A stretch of DNA of 64,000 nucleotides, taken from the NCBI GenBank assembly GCA_964394435.1, contig CAYMXN010000003.1, forward strand, positions 635-64,634. The letters run 5' to 3'. The position numbers were made by a program, and so were the translations under genes. The notes under the pieces were generated by a model that was not told the origin of the DNA, ran no database searches, and saw only the letters and a list, made by a program, of their open reading frames with translations. This document shows, piece after piece, positions 41,069 through 49,767 of the stretch. Position 1 is the first letter of the stretch, and every line of letters starts with the position of its first letter. The DNA comes from an uncultured Candidatus Saccharibacteria bacterium. GTDB lineage: Bacteria; Patescibacteriota; Minisyncoccia; UBA6257; 1-14-0-10-44-23.

Positions 41069-42415
41069 ATGGAACAAAAAAATCAAAACATTCGTATCTC
41101 TATTTCTGGCATGCACTGTCGGAGTTGTGAATTATTACTCGAAGAGGCGATCGGTGAAGTTCGCGGGGTCAGTAAAGTGGAAGTGAGTGAGAAAAAAGGT
41201 GAGGCGCAGGTCTGGTATACGGCGGAGCGACCGAACCAGGATGAGCTTCATCAGGCGATTCAGAAAACTGGATATGCGGTTGGAGTTTCCAGAAAACGAC
41301 CATGGATATCGCGTAACCCGGCGGAGTATCTTGAACTGTTTATCGCAGCCGGTAGCGTATTTATTATCTACGCACTCTTGAGAGTGGCGGGGTTATTAAA
41401 TAAGGCGGTCGCATTTAATGATACGCCGACATACGGCGTAGTTATGCTGATTGGTCTGGTTGCGGGAGTTTCGACGTGTATGGCTCTGATTGGCGGGCTC
41501 GTATTAGCCGCCAGTGGTGCACACGCGAAGAAGCATCCCGAGGCGACACGTATGCAAAAGTTTCGCCCGCATCTTTTCTTCAATCTTGGGCGTGTACTTG
41601 GCTTTGCGTTGCTGGGCGGACTGATCGGGTTAGCCGGTTCAGTTTTGCGTATTTCGGGAGGGGCGCTAAGCATTCTTGTATTCATGGTTGGCGTGGTGAT
41701 GCTTTTCCTTGGAGTAAAACTCATTGGAATATTTCCGAGAATCGAAGGAGCGACAATTTCGCTGCCTAAGAGTATCAGTCGATTGCTCGGCATCAGAGCG
41801 GAGGCGAAAGAGTACAGTAATCGTGGCGTACTCATTACCGGAGCGCTGACATTTTTCTTGCCCTGTGGCTTTACGCAGGCGATGCAGATTTACGCGATCA
41901 GCACAGGAAGCTTTGTTAGTGGTGCGCTCATAATGGGATTATTCGCACTAGGCACCGCCCCTGGCTTACTTGGCATCGGAGGAATCTCTGCGGTCGCTAA
42001 AGGATCATGGGGCAGAGTATTTTTTAAATTCGCTGGCGTACTGGTGATTGTGTTTGGACTTCTTAATGTGCGGAGTGGATGGAATTTAAGTGGAATTACC
42101 AGTGGCTTGCGGCAACCGGAAGAGGTCGTCAGTGCTCCGATTGAGGACGGATTTCAGGTGATTCGTATGACGCAAAAAGTAAACGGATACAGTCCTCGCC
42201 AGTTTACGATCAAAAAGGGAGTACCTGTACGCTGGATTGTAAATTCAGAAAACGCCTATACGTGCGCCGCCTTTCTAACTATTCCTGAGTACGATATGTT
42301 TACGCCGCTTAAAGATGGTGAAAATATCATCGAGTTTACGCCGCAATCAACCGGACCATTACGGTTTTCGTGCAGTATGGGCATGTATTCCGGAGTATTT
42401 AACGTTGTTGAATAA
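41069..42415 (+). CDS. Heavy-metal-associated (HMA) domain, polytopic membrane domain (TauE/DsbD_2-like) and C-terminal cupredoxin-like domain fusion protein
   Basis: N-terminal HMA with GMHCRSC. About 6-8 hydrophobic helices. C-terminal beta domain ...FQVIRMTQKVNGYSPRQFTIKKGVPVRWIVNSENAYTCAAF...FSCSMGMYSGVFNVVE. Adjacent to copA. Confidence 0.6.
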   Translation: MEQKNQNIRISISGMHCRSCELLLEEAIGEVRGVSKVEVSEKKGEAQVWYTAERPNQDELHQAIQKTGYAVGVSRKRPWISRNPAEYLELFIAAGSVFIIYALLRVAGLLNKAVAFNDTPTYGVVMLIGLVAGVSTCMALIGGLVLAASGAHAKKHPEATRMQKFRPHLFFNLGRVLGFALLGGLIGLAGSVLRISGGALSILVFMVGVVMLFLGVKLIGIFPRIEGATISLPKSISRLLGIRAEAKEYSNRGVLITGALTFFLPCGFTQAMQIYAISTGSFVSGALIMGLFALGTAPGLLGIGGISAVAKGSWGRVFFKFAGVLVIVFGLLNVRSGWNLSGITSGLRQPEEVVSAPIEDGFQVIRMTQKVNGYSPRQFTIKKGVPVRWIVNSENAYTCAAFLTIPEYDMFTPLKDGENIIEFTPQSTGPLRFSCSMGMYSGVFNVVE

Positions 42416-42515
42416 GTAATGACAATACTATAAATCCCGTGAGAGACGAGCGATGTTCTCAACGGGAAAATGAAAAATATGCAAGTAAATAATAAAAGTC
42501 TAGTAATTAATTATA

Positions 42516-44741
42516 ATGACAGGCGTGCTTGCGCACCTTGTCTCTAACGGGATGAAAAAAATACACGTACAGATTGCCGGCATGCATTGCGCGAGCTGTG
42601 TAGTGCGCAACGAAAAAAGTCTGAAAAAAATCGAAGGAGTACAAAACGCAAGCGTTAACTTGGCGATGCACGACGCGATGGTGGAGTTTGATGAGCAAAA
42701 GGTGGCTGAAGAGCAGATGCATGTGCATATCGAACATGCGATCACGGGAAACGGATATAGCGTAGTACATGCGCAGAAAGAACAGGGCGGGCATGAGCAT
42801 GGCAATATCGGGGCGAGCGAGACAAAGCAGGCAAAAAAGCGTTCGCTTCTTGCTTTAGTGCTCGCGCTTCCCGTCGCGATACTCGCAATGGCGGGGATTA
42901 CATTCGGTTTAGTTATCGGCGGATTTGATGTGAGTGTCTGGGTTCAAGCTGTTCTTTCAGCGATCGTGGTGCTGGTTGTGGGAAGTGAGTTTCATATCTC
43001 CGCCTTCAAACAACTGCGCCGCGCTACGGCCGATATGAATACGCTCATCTCAATTGGAACGCTGACCGCACTCGCGTATAGCGTGTACGGGATGATTGCT
43101 GGTATTGCCGAGTTTTATTTTGAAACGGGTGCGATTATCGCCGCCCTGATTTTACTCGGTCGGTTCTTTGAGGCGAAGAGTAGGGGTCAGGCAAGCTCTG
43201 CAATTGAAAAACTGATGCAGTTGGGGGTAAAAACTGCACATTTAGTTGAGGCACACGGAACCAGGGATATCTCAATCGAAGCGGTGCGCGTAGGCGATGT
43301 ACTACTTGTTAAGCCGGGAGAAAAGGCGCCGACAGATGGCGTGATTATTAAAGGACATTCGAATATTGATGAGTCAATGTTAACGGGTGAGAGTTTACCG
43401 GTCTCAAAAAATGAAAGTGACATCGTCTATGGTGCGACGCTGAATATGAGCGGTGCGTTTGAGATGCGCGCAACTAAAGTTGGTTCAGGTACGATGCTTG
43501 CACAAATCGTGCAGCTCGTCGCGGATGCACAAGCCAATAAGGCGCCAATTCAGAAGTTGGCCGACAGAATCTCGGCAGTATTTGTGCCTATCGTTATCGC
43601 GCTCGCCCTCGGAACGGCGATCGTCTGGTATCTGAAGACTGGAAGCTGGGAGCTTAGTCTACTACCCGCAGTCGCGGTTATTGTTATCGCGTGTCCGTGC
43701 GCGTTGGGATTAGCGACACCGACCGCGATTATGGTTGGCACCGGATTAGGAGCACGCCGAGGTATCTTAATTAAAAATGGAGATGCACTTGAGCGAGGCA
43801 AAAAGATTAAGACTGTTGTGTTTGATAAAACTGGAACGCTGACTGAAGGTAAGCCAAAAGTTACCGACATCTTACCGCAGGCGGGAGTGAGTGCTGGCGA
43901 GGTGCTCGCATATGCCGCGAGCATCGAAGCCTTGTCCGAACACCCATTAGCCCAGGCAGTTGTAAGTGCGGCCAAAGAGAAGGGGTTGAAGCTGTTTGAG
44001 GTGCAACATTTTGAGAGTATCGCTGGCAAGGGAGTTGTAGGCAAGATACATAATCAGCAGATTGTCGTGGGAAATCTTCGTTATATTGAGTCGCTAGGAG
44101 TTAACTTCGCTACTACTAAGGCGCAGATTGAGCAACTCGAAGCAGATGCAAAGACAGTTGTTGGTTTGATTCGCGACAGTGTGCTACTTGGTTTTATCGC
44201 GATTGCCGATGCGGAGAAGGCGACGAGTAAATCAGCGGTCGAACAGTTGGTGCGCGGTGGAGTTGAGGTGGTGATGCTCACCGGAGATAATGAGCGAACA
44301 GCACGCGCGATCGCGAAAAAAATCGGTATTTCAAATGTATTCAGTCAGGTGCTGCCGGGAGAGAAGGCTGACGTGGTAAAAAAACTTCAGGAAAATGGCA
44401 ATAAAGTTGCATTTATTGGGGACGGTATTAATGATGCACCGGCTCTTGTACAGGCGGATCTGGGTATTGCGATTGGCACAGGAACTGATATCGCCATTGA
44501 AGCGGGAAGTATCGTGCTGGTAAAAGGTGACCCGGAAAAAGTAGTTGAGGCGCTCAAGCTTGGGAGTCGTACCTTACGAGCAATTTATCAAAATCTTTTC
44601 TGGGCGTTCTTCTATAACATCGCAGCGATTCCGCTGGCAATGATGGGGCTGCTCAACCCGATGATCGCCGCCGGTGCGATGGCATTTAGTAGTGTGAGCG
44701 TAGTGTTGAATAGTTTACGCATTAAGCGTCTACGTATGTAG
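42516..44741 (+). CDS. copA: Copper-translocating P1B-type ATPase
   Basis: HMA GMHCASC. TM CPC motif ACPCALGLATP. Phosphorylation site DKTGTLT. Hinge GDGINDAPAL. HP and SEHPLA motifs. Confidence 0.9.
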   Translation: MTGVLAHLVSNGMKKIHVQIAGMHCASCVVRNEKSLKKIEGVQNASVNLAMHDAMVEFDEQKVAEEQMHVHIEHAITGNGYSVVHAQKEQGGHEHGNIGASETKQAKKRSLLALVLALPVAILAMAGITFGLVIGGFDVSVWVQAVLSAIVVLVVGSEFHISAFKQLRRATADMNTLISIGTLTALAYSVYGMIAGIAEFYFETGAIIAALILLGRFFEAKSRGQASSAIEKLMQLGVKTAHLVEAHGTRDISIEAVRVGDVLLVKPGEKAPTDGVIIKGHSNIDESMLTGESLPVSKNESDIVYGATLNMSGAFEMRATKVGSGTMLAQIVQLVADAQANKAPIQKLADRISAVFVPIVIALALGTAIVWYLKTGSWELSLLPAVAVIVIACPCALGLATPTAIMVGTGLGARRGILIKNGDALERGKKIKTVVFDKTGTLTEGKPKVTDILPQAGVSAGEVLAYAASIEALSEHPLAQAVVSAAKEKGLKLFEVQHFESIAGKGVVGKIHNQQIVVGNLRYIESLGVNFATTKAQIEQLEADAKTVVGLIRDSVLLGFIAIADAEKATSKSAVEQLVRGGVEVVMLTGDNERTARAIAKKIGISNVFSQVLPGEKADVVKKLQENGNKVAFIGDGINDAPALVQADLGIAIGTGTDIAIEAGSIVLVKGDPEKVVEALKLGSRTLRAIYQNLFWAFFYNIAAIPLAMMGLLNPMIAAGAMAFSSVSVVLNSLRIKRLRM

Positions 44742-44753
44742 TATAGAGCGAGT

Positions 44754-44788
44754 AAAAATCTCCTTGCGAAGCACAAGGAGATTTTTTG
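44754..44788 (+). terminator. Rho-independent terminator after copA
   Basis: AAAA-ATCTCCTTG-cgaagca-CAAGGAGAT-TTTTTG. Confidence 0.65.
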
Positions 44789-44831
44789 CAGTAAAAGAGA
44801 TACCATAATAACAGAACCTGGAGGCGTATCT

Positions 44832-45170
44832 ATGAACTTTGATCGGCTAGCACGGACTGCTGATCTAGTTTGCTTTTTAAAAGTAGGATTAGTTGAAGAG
44901 GCTGGGAAGGCTGATGGGCTAGGATCGCTTCCGGTGCCTCGTAGTCGCATCGAGTTGCTTCGAGTTCTTCATGCGAGCGATGACGAGCTTGGCGCATACT
45001 ATGATGGGCTCAATTATCTAACTCGTCTTATTCCTAAGCGATTTCAGAGAAAGGTAGTTATTGCAGCAGATAACGAGGTGATGCTGGATACCTATCTTCG
45101 ATTGCTCGGTAGAGCGATCTTGCGGTACATCCGCCTGAAGCAGCGGAAGGAGAGAAGCACCCAGACATAA
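44832..45170 (+). CDS. Hypothetical protein (112 aa)
   Basis: Clean ORF with no recognisable motif. Confidence 0.35.
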   Translation: MNFDRLARTADLVCFLKVGLVEEAGKADGLGSLPVPRSRIELLRVLHASDDELGAYYDGLNYLTRLIPKRFQRKVVIAADNEVMLDTYLRLLGRAILRYIRLKQRKERSTQT

Positions 45171-45260
45171 GCCTTTTACAAGAAATAGTAAAAGGCTTTT
45201 CATTTTTTAACTATCCATCATACTTGAAGGAGTTCTTCAGAGAACATTTGGAGGTCTGCG

Positions 45261-46034
45261 ATGAAAACTCGGAATCGATGGATTGCTCTACTCGCTCTCG
45301 TTGGGTTGATCAGTTGGGCGAGTTCGAACGTCTACTCGTGCGCCGGGGTGGGTCAGCGGAACGAGTCAGCTGGTGCTCCGGCGCTGCTTGAGCGCACGGT
45401 AGTAATCGGCGCGAGCGCCTCATCGGGTGCTGGCCTGCCGATGACCAATCTTGCGCAAGTTATCGGAGAGGAGCTCGCGACCCCGCGTGGTCCGTTAGCA
45501 AGTCATGCCAACTCAGCAATGTGGACCTCGCCACGCAAGCTAGGCGCGAAGATGGTTGCGGAGGCGCTTGAAAATAAGCCGACGCTACTTATCGCGCCCG
45601 ACTTTTTGTTCTGGTACGTGTACGGCGATTACAAGGACGACGCTACCCGCTTGCTTTCACTTAGTGAAGGCTTGGGAATGCTCGAAAAGTTCGACTGCCA
45701 AGTCGTCGTAGGTACGATTCCCAATATGCTTGCGGCAGCCGGCGGCATCTTGCCAAAGGCGGCAGTACCAAGCGAAGCGTTTCTTGTCCATGCAAACGAA
45801 CACGTCCATAAGTGGGCGCAGGAGCATCGGGCAGTTGTAGTCCCGGTAGCAGAAGCCGTTGCGGCTTGGCACACACGCACGCCGCTTGTAATTGGAAATG
45901 TGAAGTACGAAACTGCCGGTTTGCTACAAAAGGACAACTTGCACCCAAACGAGAAGGGGTTGCGTATCCTAGCGCGACTCATCATTTACGAGCTTGTGAG
46001 TGCACAGAAGTTGCCGGCGAACTGTTTGAAGTAA
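45261..46034 (+). CDS. Lipoprotein-like SGNH/GDSL-family hydrolase, GC-rich gene
   Basis: Signal peptide with Cys (ALLALVGLISWASSNVYSCAG). Block I-like VVIGASASSGAG. Block V-like DNLHPNEKG. GC content is clearly above that of the flanking genes. Confidence 0.45.
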   Translation: MKTRNRWIALLALVGLISWASSNVYSCAGVGQRNESAGAPALLERTVVIGASASSGAGLPMTNLAQVIGEELATPRGPLASHANSAMWTSPRKLGAKMVAEALENKPTLLIAPDFLFWYVYGDYKDDATRLLSLSEGLGMLEKFDCQVVVGTIPNMLAAAGGILPKAAVPSEAFLVHANEHVHKWAQEHRAVVVPVAEAVAAWHTRTPLVIGNVKYETAGLLQKDNLHPNEKGLRILARLIIYELVSAQKLPANCLK

Positions 46035-46108
46035 GAGAAGACACTCTCCCTGACGACGAAGGTCGTCAGGGAGTTTTTATTTTTGAAAGAGGTATACTTA
46101 CAATTGTT

Positions 46109-46528
46109 ATGAAGAAACTATTGTTCGTGTGCATGCTCAATGCTGCCAGAAGTCAGGCTGCTGAAGCATTTTTTAAATATTACGTAAAAGGAACACCAAT
46201 TGAGAATGAGTGGCAGGTTGAAAGCGCCGGACAGCTTTCGAAAGAAAAGCTTAATGCGGATGTCGTAGAGATTTTAAACAAACGAGGCATCTCGACCGAA
46301 GGGCAATTTAGTAAGCAAATCGACTACGCTAAGCTTCGCACGTATGATCGTATTATTTCATTTGTGCCATTTGCTAAGGGCGGATTACGCGATGAAGATA
46401 AAGCGAAAATAAAAATGTGGGTCATCGCTGACCCACTCGGCCGGCCATTTATGAGTACGTTACATATCGTTGATATGATCGAAAAGAAGGTGCGAGAGCT
46501 TATCGCTGAATTGATTCAATCTCGCTAA
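46109..46528 (+). CDS. Low-molecular-weight protein-tyrosine-phosphatase/arsenate-reductase (LMWPc) family protein
   Basis: ATG at 46109. P-loop-like LLFVCMLNAARSQAAE (C-x5-R-S) at the N-terminus and the D...P motif (VIADPLG). 139 aa. Confidence 0.7.
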   Translation: MKKLLFVCMLNAARSQAAEAFFKYYVKGTPIENEWQVESAGQLSKEKLNADVVEILNKRGISTEGQFSKQIDYAKLRTYDRIISFVPFAKGGLRDEDKAKIKMWVIADPLGRPFMSTLHIVDMIEKKVRELIAELIQSR

Positions 46529-46531
46529 TCT

Positions 46532-46618
46532 ATGCGCATAGTTCTTCACATAGACATGCCCTTCGTTTCACTCAGGGTCTCCAGCTGCGCTTTCGAGATG
46601 CTTAATTTTCTTGTATGA
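46532..46618 (+). repeat. Decayed duplicate of the dinB 5' end, forming a 28-codon upstream ORF that overlaps the dinB start (ATGA)
   Basis: ATAGTTCTTCACATAGACATG (46538-46558) against ATAATTCTTCACATAGACATG (46624-46644), 20 of 21 nt identical. It encodes MRIVLHIDM..., against dinB MTRIILHIDMD.... The mini-ORF stop TGA (46616-46618) overlaps the dinB ATG (46615-46617). Confidence 0.6.
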
Positions 46619-47703
46619 CACGAATAATTCTTCACATAGACATGGATGCGTTCTTTGCGAGCGTCGAGGAGCGCGATAAGCCACGGCTTAAGGGGTTGCC
46701 GATCGTAGTTGGTTCTGACCCAGCAGATGGAAAAGGGCGCGGCGTAGTGAGTACGGCAAATTATGCGGCTCGGGCGTATGGCATTAAGTCAGCGATGCCG
46801 ATCAGTCGCGCGTGGGATAAAAGTCAGCAAGCTAAAAAAGCCGGTAAGCCAGAGGTGGTATTTATCGAGCCCAATATTAAGCACTATAGCGACGCCTCAA
46901 GAATCATCTTTGAATATATCGCGACCAAAGCAGATGCGTTTAAGCCGGCGAGTATTGACGAGTGTTATGCCGACGTCTCAAGCCTTGGAAGTTATGAAAA
47001 AGCCGAGGCGCTCGCGCAAGAGATCAAAGACTGGGTCAAAAAGAAACAAAAACTAACGTGCTCGATCGGAGTTGGGCCGAATAAACTCATTGCAAAAATC
47101 GCTGCGGGTAAGAGGAAGCCAGATGGGCTGATGGTGGTGCGCGATGAAGAAGTACAATCATTTCTTGATCCACTCTCGGTGCGCGAACTACTTGGTGTAG
47201 GACCGAAGACCGAAGCAGAGCTGAATAAGCTTGGTATTCAGACGATTGCCGATTTACGCAAACGTCCGCGGGTTGAGCTCGTAGAGCTATTCGGTAAGCA
47301 TGGGGAGGGAATGTTTCGCCAAGCCCAAGGGATTGATGACAGTCCAGTGAGTAGCGAGCACGAAACAAAATCAATTGGCGAACAAATAACATTTGATACA
47401 GATACGCTCGATGCGGGAATAATTCTTGCGACGTTTAAGCAGATGGCGCAGTCAGTCGCAAAGAGTTTAAAAAAAGAACAGAAGCGATTTCGGACGATCG
47501 CGATTATTGTGCGCTTTTCTGATTTCGAAACGCTTACGCGGTCGCATACGATTGCCAGGGCGAGCGATGATGCGAGCGTGCTCGAGAAAGAGTCGCTCCA
47601 ATTGCTTATGCCATTTTTAGATAAACGCGAAAATCCAAAGAAGAAAAAGATTCGACTCGTGGGAATCCGGGCAGAAAAGCTGGAAGATAAGGGATTATTT
47701 TAG
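46615..47703 (+). CDS. dinB: DNA polymerase IV (Y-family translesion polymerase)
   Basis: ILHIDMDAFFASVEERDKP...PIVVG. SIDECYADV. Little-finger and HhH regions. 362 aa. Confidence 0.9.
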   Translation: MTRIILHIDMDAFFASVEERDKPRLKGLPIVVGSDPADGKGRGVVSTANYAARAYGIKSAMPISRAWDKSQQAKKAGKPEVVFIEPNIKHYSDASRIIFEYIATKADAFKPASIDECYADVSSLGSYEKAEALAQEIKDWVKKKQKLTCSIGVGPNKLIAKIAAGKRKPDGLMVVRDEEVQSFLDPLSVRELLGVGPKTEAELNKLGIQTIADLRKRPRVELVELFGKHGEGMFRQAQGIDDSPVSSEHETKSIGEQITFDTDTLDAGIILATFKQMAQSVAKSLKKEQKRFRTIAIIVRFSDFETLTRSHTIARASDDASVLEKESLQLLMPFLDKRENPKKKKIRLVGIRAEKLEDKGLF

Positions 47704-47715
47704 CATACTGATATC

Positions 47716-48387
47716 ATGTCTATGCGTAATATAAAAGATATTCAAGCAATTATCTTTGATATGGACGGAGTTATCATCGACTCCGAGCATCTTCAGGTTG
47801 AGGCGGAAAAAATTGTTTGCGAAAATCATCACATCACCATTCCTGATGCTGAATGGAGTAATTTTAAAGGTAAGAAAAATATTGATATCTTTAGGTATAT
47901 TATCGAGAAGTTTAGCAGTGAAAAGCTCGACCCGCAGCAACTTGCCGATGAGAAGGGGCAGATATATCTCAAGATAGCTCCCGAGAGATTAAAGCTCATT
48001 CCCGGAGCAATGGAGTTTATTCATAAGGCAAAAAAGTATTTTCAGAAATTAGCAGTTGCCACTTCGAGTGGACCGCTCACGCAAAAGCTCGCATTTGATA
48101 TTTTTGATTTGCATCCACATTTTAGTGTACTGATTACTGGCAAAGATGTAGTTAATGGTAAGCCGCACCCTGAACCATATCTCAAGGCAGCAGAGAAGCT
48201 CGGTCTACCGCCAGAAGTATGTATGGTTATCGAAGATTCTGATAATGGAATCAGGTCTGCCAAAGCAGCCGGCTGCGTCGCGGTCGGTGTTACCACCTCA
48301 TTTCCAAGGCAGAAACTTTTAGAAGTCGGAGCGGACTATGTCGTTGACTCATTTAGTGAGCTGGCAATATTGCTAAGCATCTCGTAA
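47716..48387 (+). CDS. HAD-superfamily hydrolase (beta-phosphoglucomutase-like, subfamily IA)
   Basis: Motif I IIFDMDGVIIDSE. Motif II VATSS. Motif III/IV ..K...GKPHPEPY...VIEDSDNGIRSAKAAG. Confidence 0.8.
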   Translation: MSMRNIKDIQAIIFDMDGVIIDSEHLQVEAEKIVCENHHITIPDAEWSNFKGKKNIDIFRYIIEKFSSEKLDPQQLADEKGQIYLKIAPERLKLIPGAMEFIHKAKKYFQKLAVATSSGPLTQKLAFDIFDLHPHFSVLITGKDVVNGKPHPEPYLKAAEKLGLPPEVCMVIEDSDNGIRSAKAAGCVAVGVTTSFPRQKLLEVGADYVVDSFSELAILLSIS

Positions 48388-48411
48388 GGAGAGTAGAATA
48401 GGGGAACAAAC

Positions 48412-49245
48412 ATGTCTAAATTCTACAAATCAAACCGCCAATCAAACTATAACTATGGTGGTTCAAGCTGGACGCTCTCAAGATCGAAAATAGATTTATT
48501 CCTTGAGTGCCCGCGTTGTTTTTATTTAGATAACAAGCTCGGCGTAGCCCGTCCGCCAGGATTCCCATTTAATCTCAACTCGGCTGTTGATGCACTACTA
48601 AAGAAAGAGCTTGATACGCATCGCGCAAACGGTACACAGCATCCGCTCGCAAAAGCATACGGATTAGACGCAGTTCCACTTAGTCACGCGAAAATGGATG
48701 AGTGGCGCGACGCATTACGTAACGGCGTAAAAACAGTGCACCAGCCAACGGGCATTACAGTACGTGGTGGCGTTGATGATATTTGGATAAATAAAGAAGG
48801 TGAGCTCATCGTCATCGATTACAAAGCTACGAGCAAAGATGAAAAGATTGAGTCGCTCGATGAGGAGTGGCACCGAGGGTATAAGCGACAGATTGAGATT
48901 TATCAGTGGCTCTTGCGTCAAAACGGTTTTAAAGTTTCGAGCACCGGCTATTGGTTTTATGCTAACGCGACCAAAGATCGAGAGGCGTTTGATGGCAGGC
49001 TTGATTTCGAGCTCACCTTAGTACCATACACCGGCTCAACTGATTGGATTGATGGGGCGCTCATAAAACTAAAAGCCTGTCTTGATGGAGCTACCTTGCC
49101 GGCGGCCGGCGAAGACTGCGATTATTGCCGTTACCGGTCAGCAGCGGAGAAAGTTGAGCAGGGAATAAAGCCAACTGTCGAAGAATTTAAGCCCGTGAAG
49201 CTTCCCAAACTTCCCAAAGAGCCAAAGGCGGGAAGCCTCTTCTAG
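48412..49245 (+). CDS. Stand-alone Cas4/RecB-like PD-(D/E)xK nuclease with an Fe-S-type Cys cluster
   Basis: N-terminal CPRCFY. Nuclease motifs GGVDDIWINKEGELIVIDYKAT and QIEIYQWLL. C-terminal C...EDCDYCRY. Confidence 0.6.
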   Translation: MSKFYKSNRQSNYNYGGSSWTLSRSKIDLFLECPRCFYLDNKLGVARPPGFPFNLNSAVDALLKKELDTHRANGTQHPLAKAYGLDAVPLSHAKMDEWRDALRNGVKTVHQPTGITVRGGVDDIWINKEGELIVIDYKATSKDEKIESLDEEWHRGYKRQIEIYQWLLRQNGFKVSSTGYWFYANATKDREAFDGRLDFELTLVPYTGSTDWIDGALIKLKACLDGATLPAAGEDCDYCRYRSAAEKVEQGIKPTVEEFKPVKLPKLPKEPKAGSLF

Positions 49246-49403
49246 CTTGATTAAATAGGCTAAGAGGGGTTGGCTTGCAATTTTCGCTTATCTATGATAT
49301 AGTGTCGTTGAACGTTTGTAGGTATCCTTGCAGTTGTTTCAGCGTATCGCGCAGTGTAAGGAGGGTCTTCTACGACGTGATTAGTAATAAGCACATTTTT
49401 TAA

Positions 49404-49670
49404 ATGGCTAAGAAGTTATACGTAGGGAACCTTCCTTACTCGACGACTGGCGACGACCTCCGCAACTTGTTTGCAGCGGCCGGCGAAGTCTCCTCAGCAA
49501 CGGTTATCATCGACAAGATGAGCGGCCGCTCTAAGGGATTCGGGTTTGTAGAGTTTTCCGACGACTCGGCTGCCCAGAAAGCAATTGACATGTTCAATGG
49601 CAAAGATATGGGTGGTCGTCCGCTCACTGTCAACGAGGCTCGCCCGATGACTGAGCGACCGATGCGCTAA
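49404..49670 (+). CDS. RNA-binding protein, single RRM domain
   Basis: RNP-2 LYVGNL. RNP-1 KGFGFVEF. 88 aa, preceded by a 158-nt untranslated leader. Confidence 0.85.
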   Translation: MAKKLYVGNLPYSTTGDDLRNLFAAAGEVSSATVIIDKMSGRSKGFGFVEFSDDSAAQKAIDMFNGKDMGGRPLTVNEARPMTERPMR

Positions 49671-49767
49671 TAGCGCTTCCATCGTAAAATAAAACCAAAG
49701 ACACTCCGGATACGCGGAGTGTTTTTGTTTTGAAAAACAATGTGGTGTGATAAAATAAAGGAACAAT

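Noticed and set aside
45812-46108. Track ORF 45812..46528 extending the LMW-PTP gene about 100 codons upstream
   Set aside because: The upstream part overlaps the SGNH-hydrolase gene in another frame and is GC-rich read-through. The ATG at 46109 gives a canonical 139-aa LMW-PTP starting at the P-loop.
49246-49403. 158-nt leader upstream of the RRM protein gene as a structured cis-regulatory RNA
   Set aside because: No convincing conserved stem-loop or riboswitch-like motif could be identified by eye. It may simply be a long 5' UTR.
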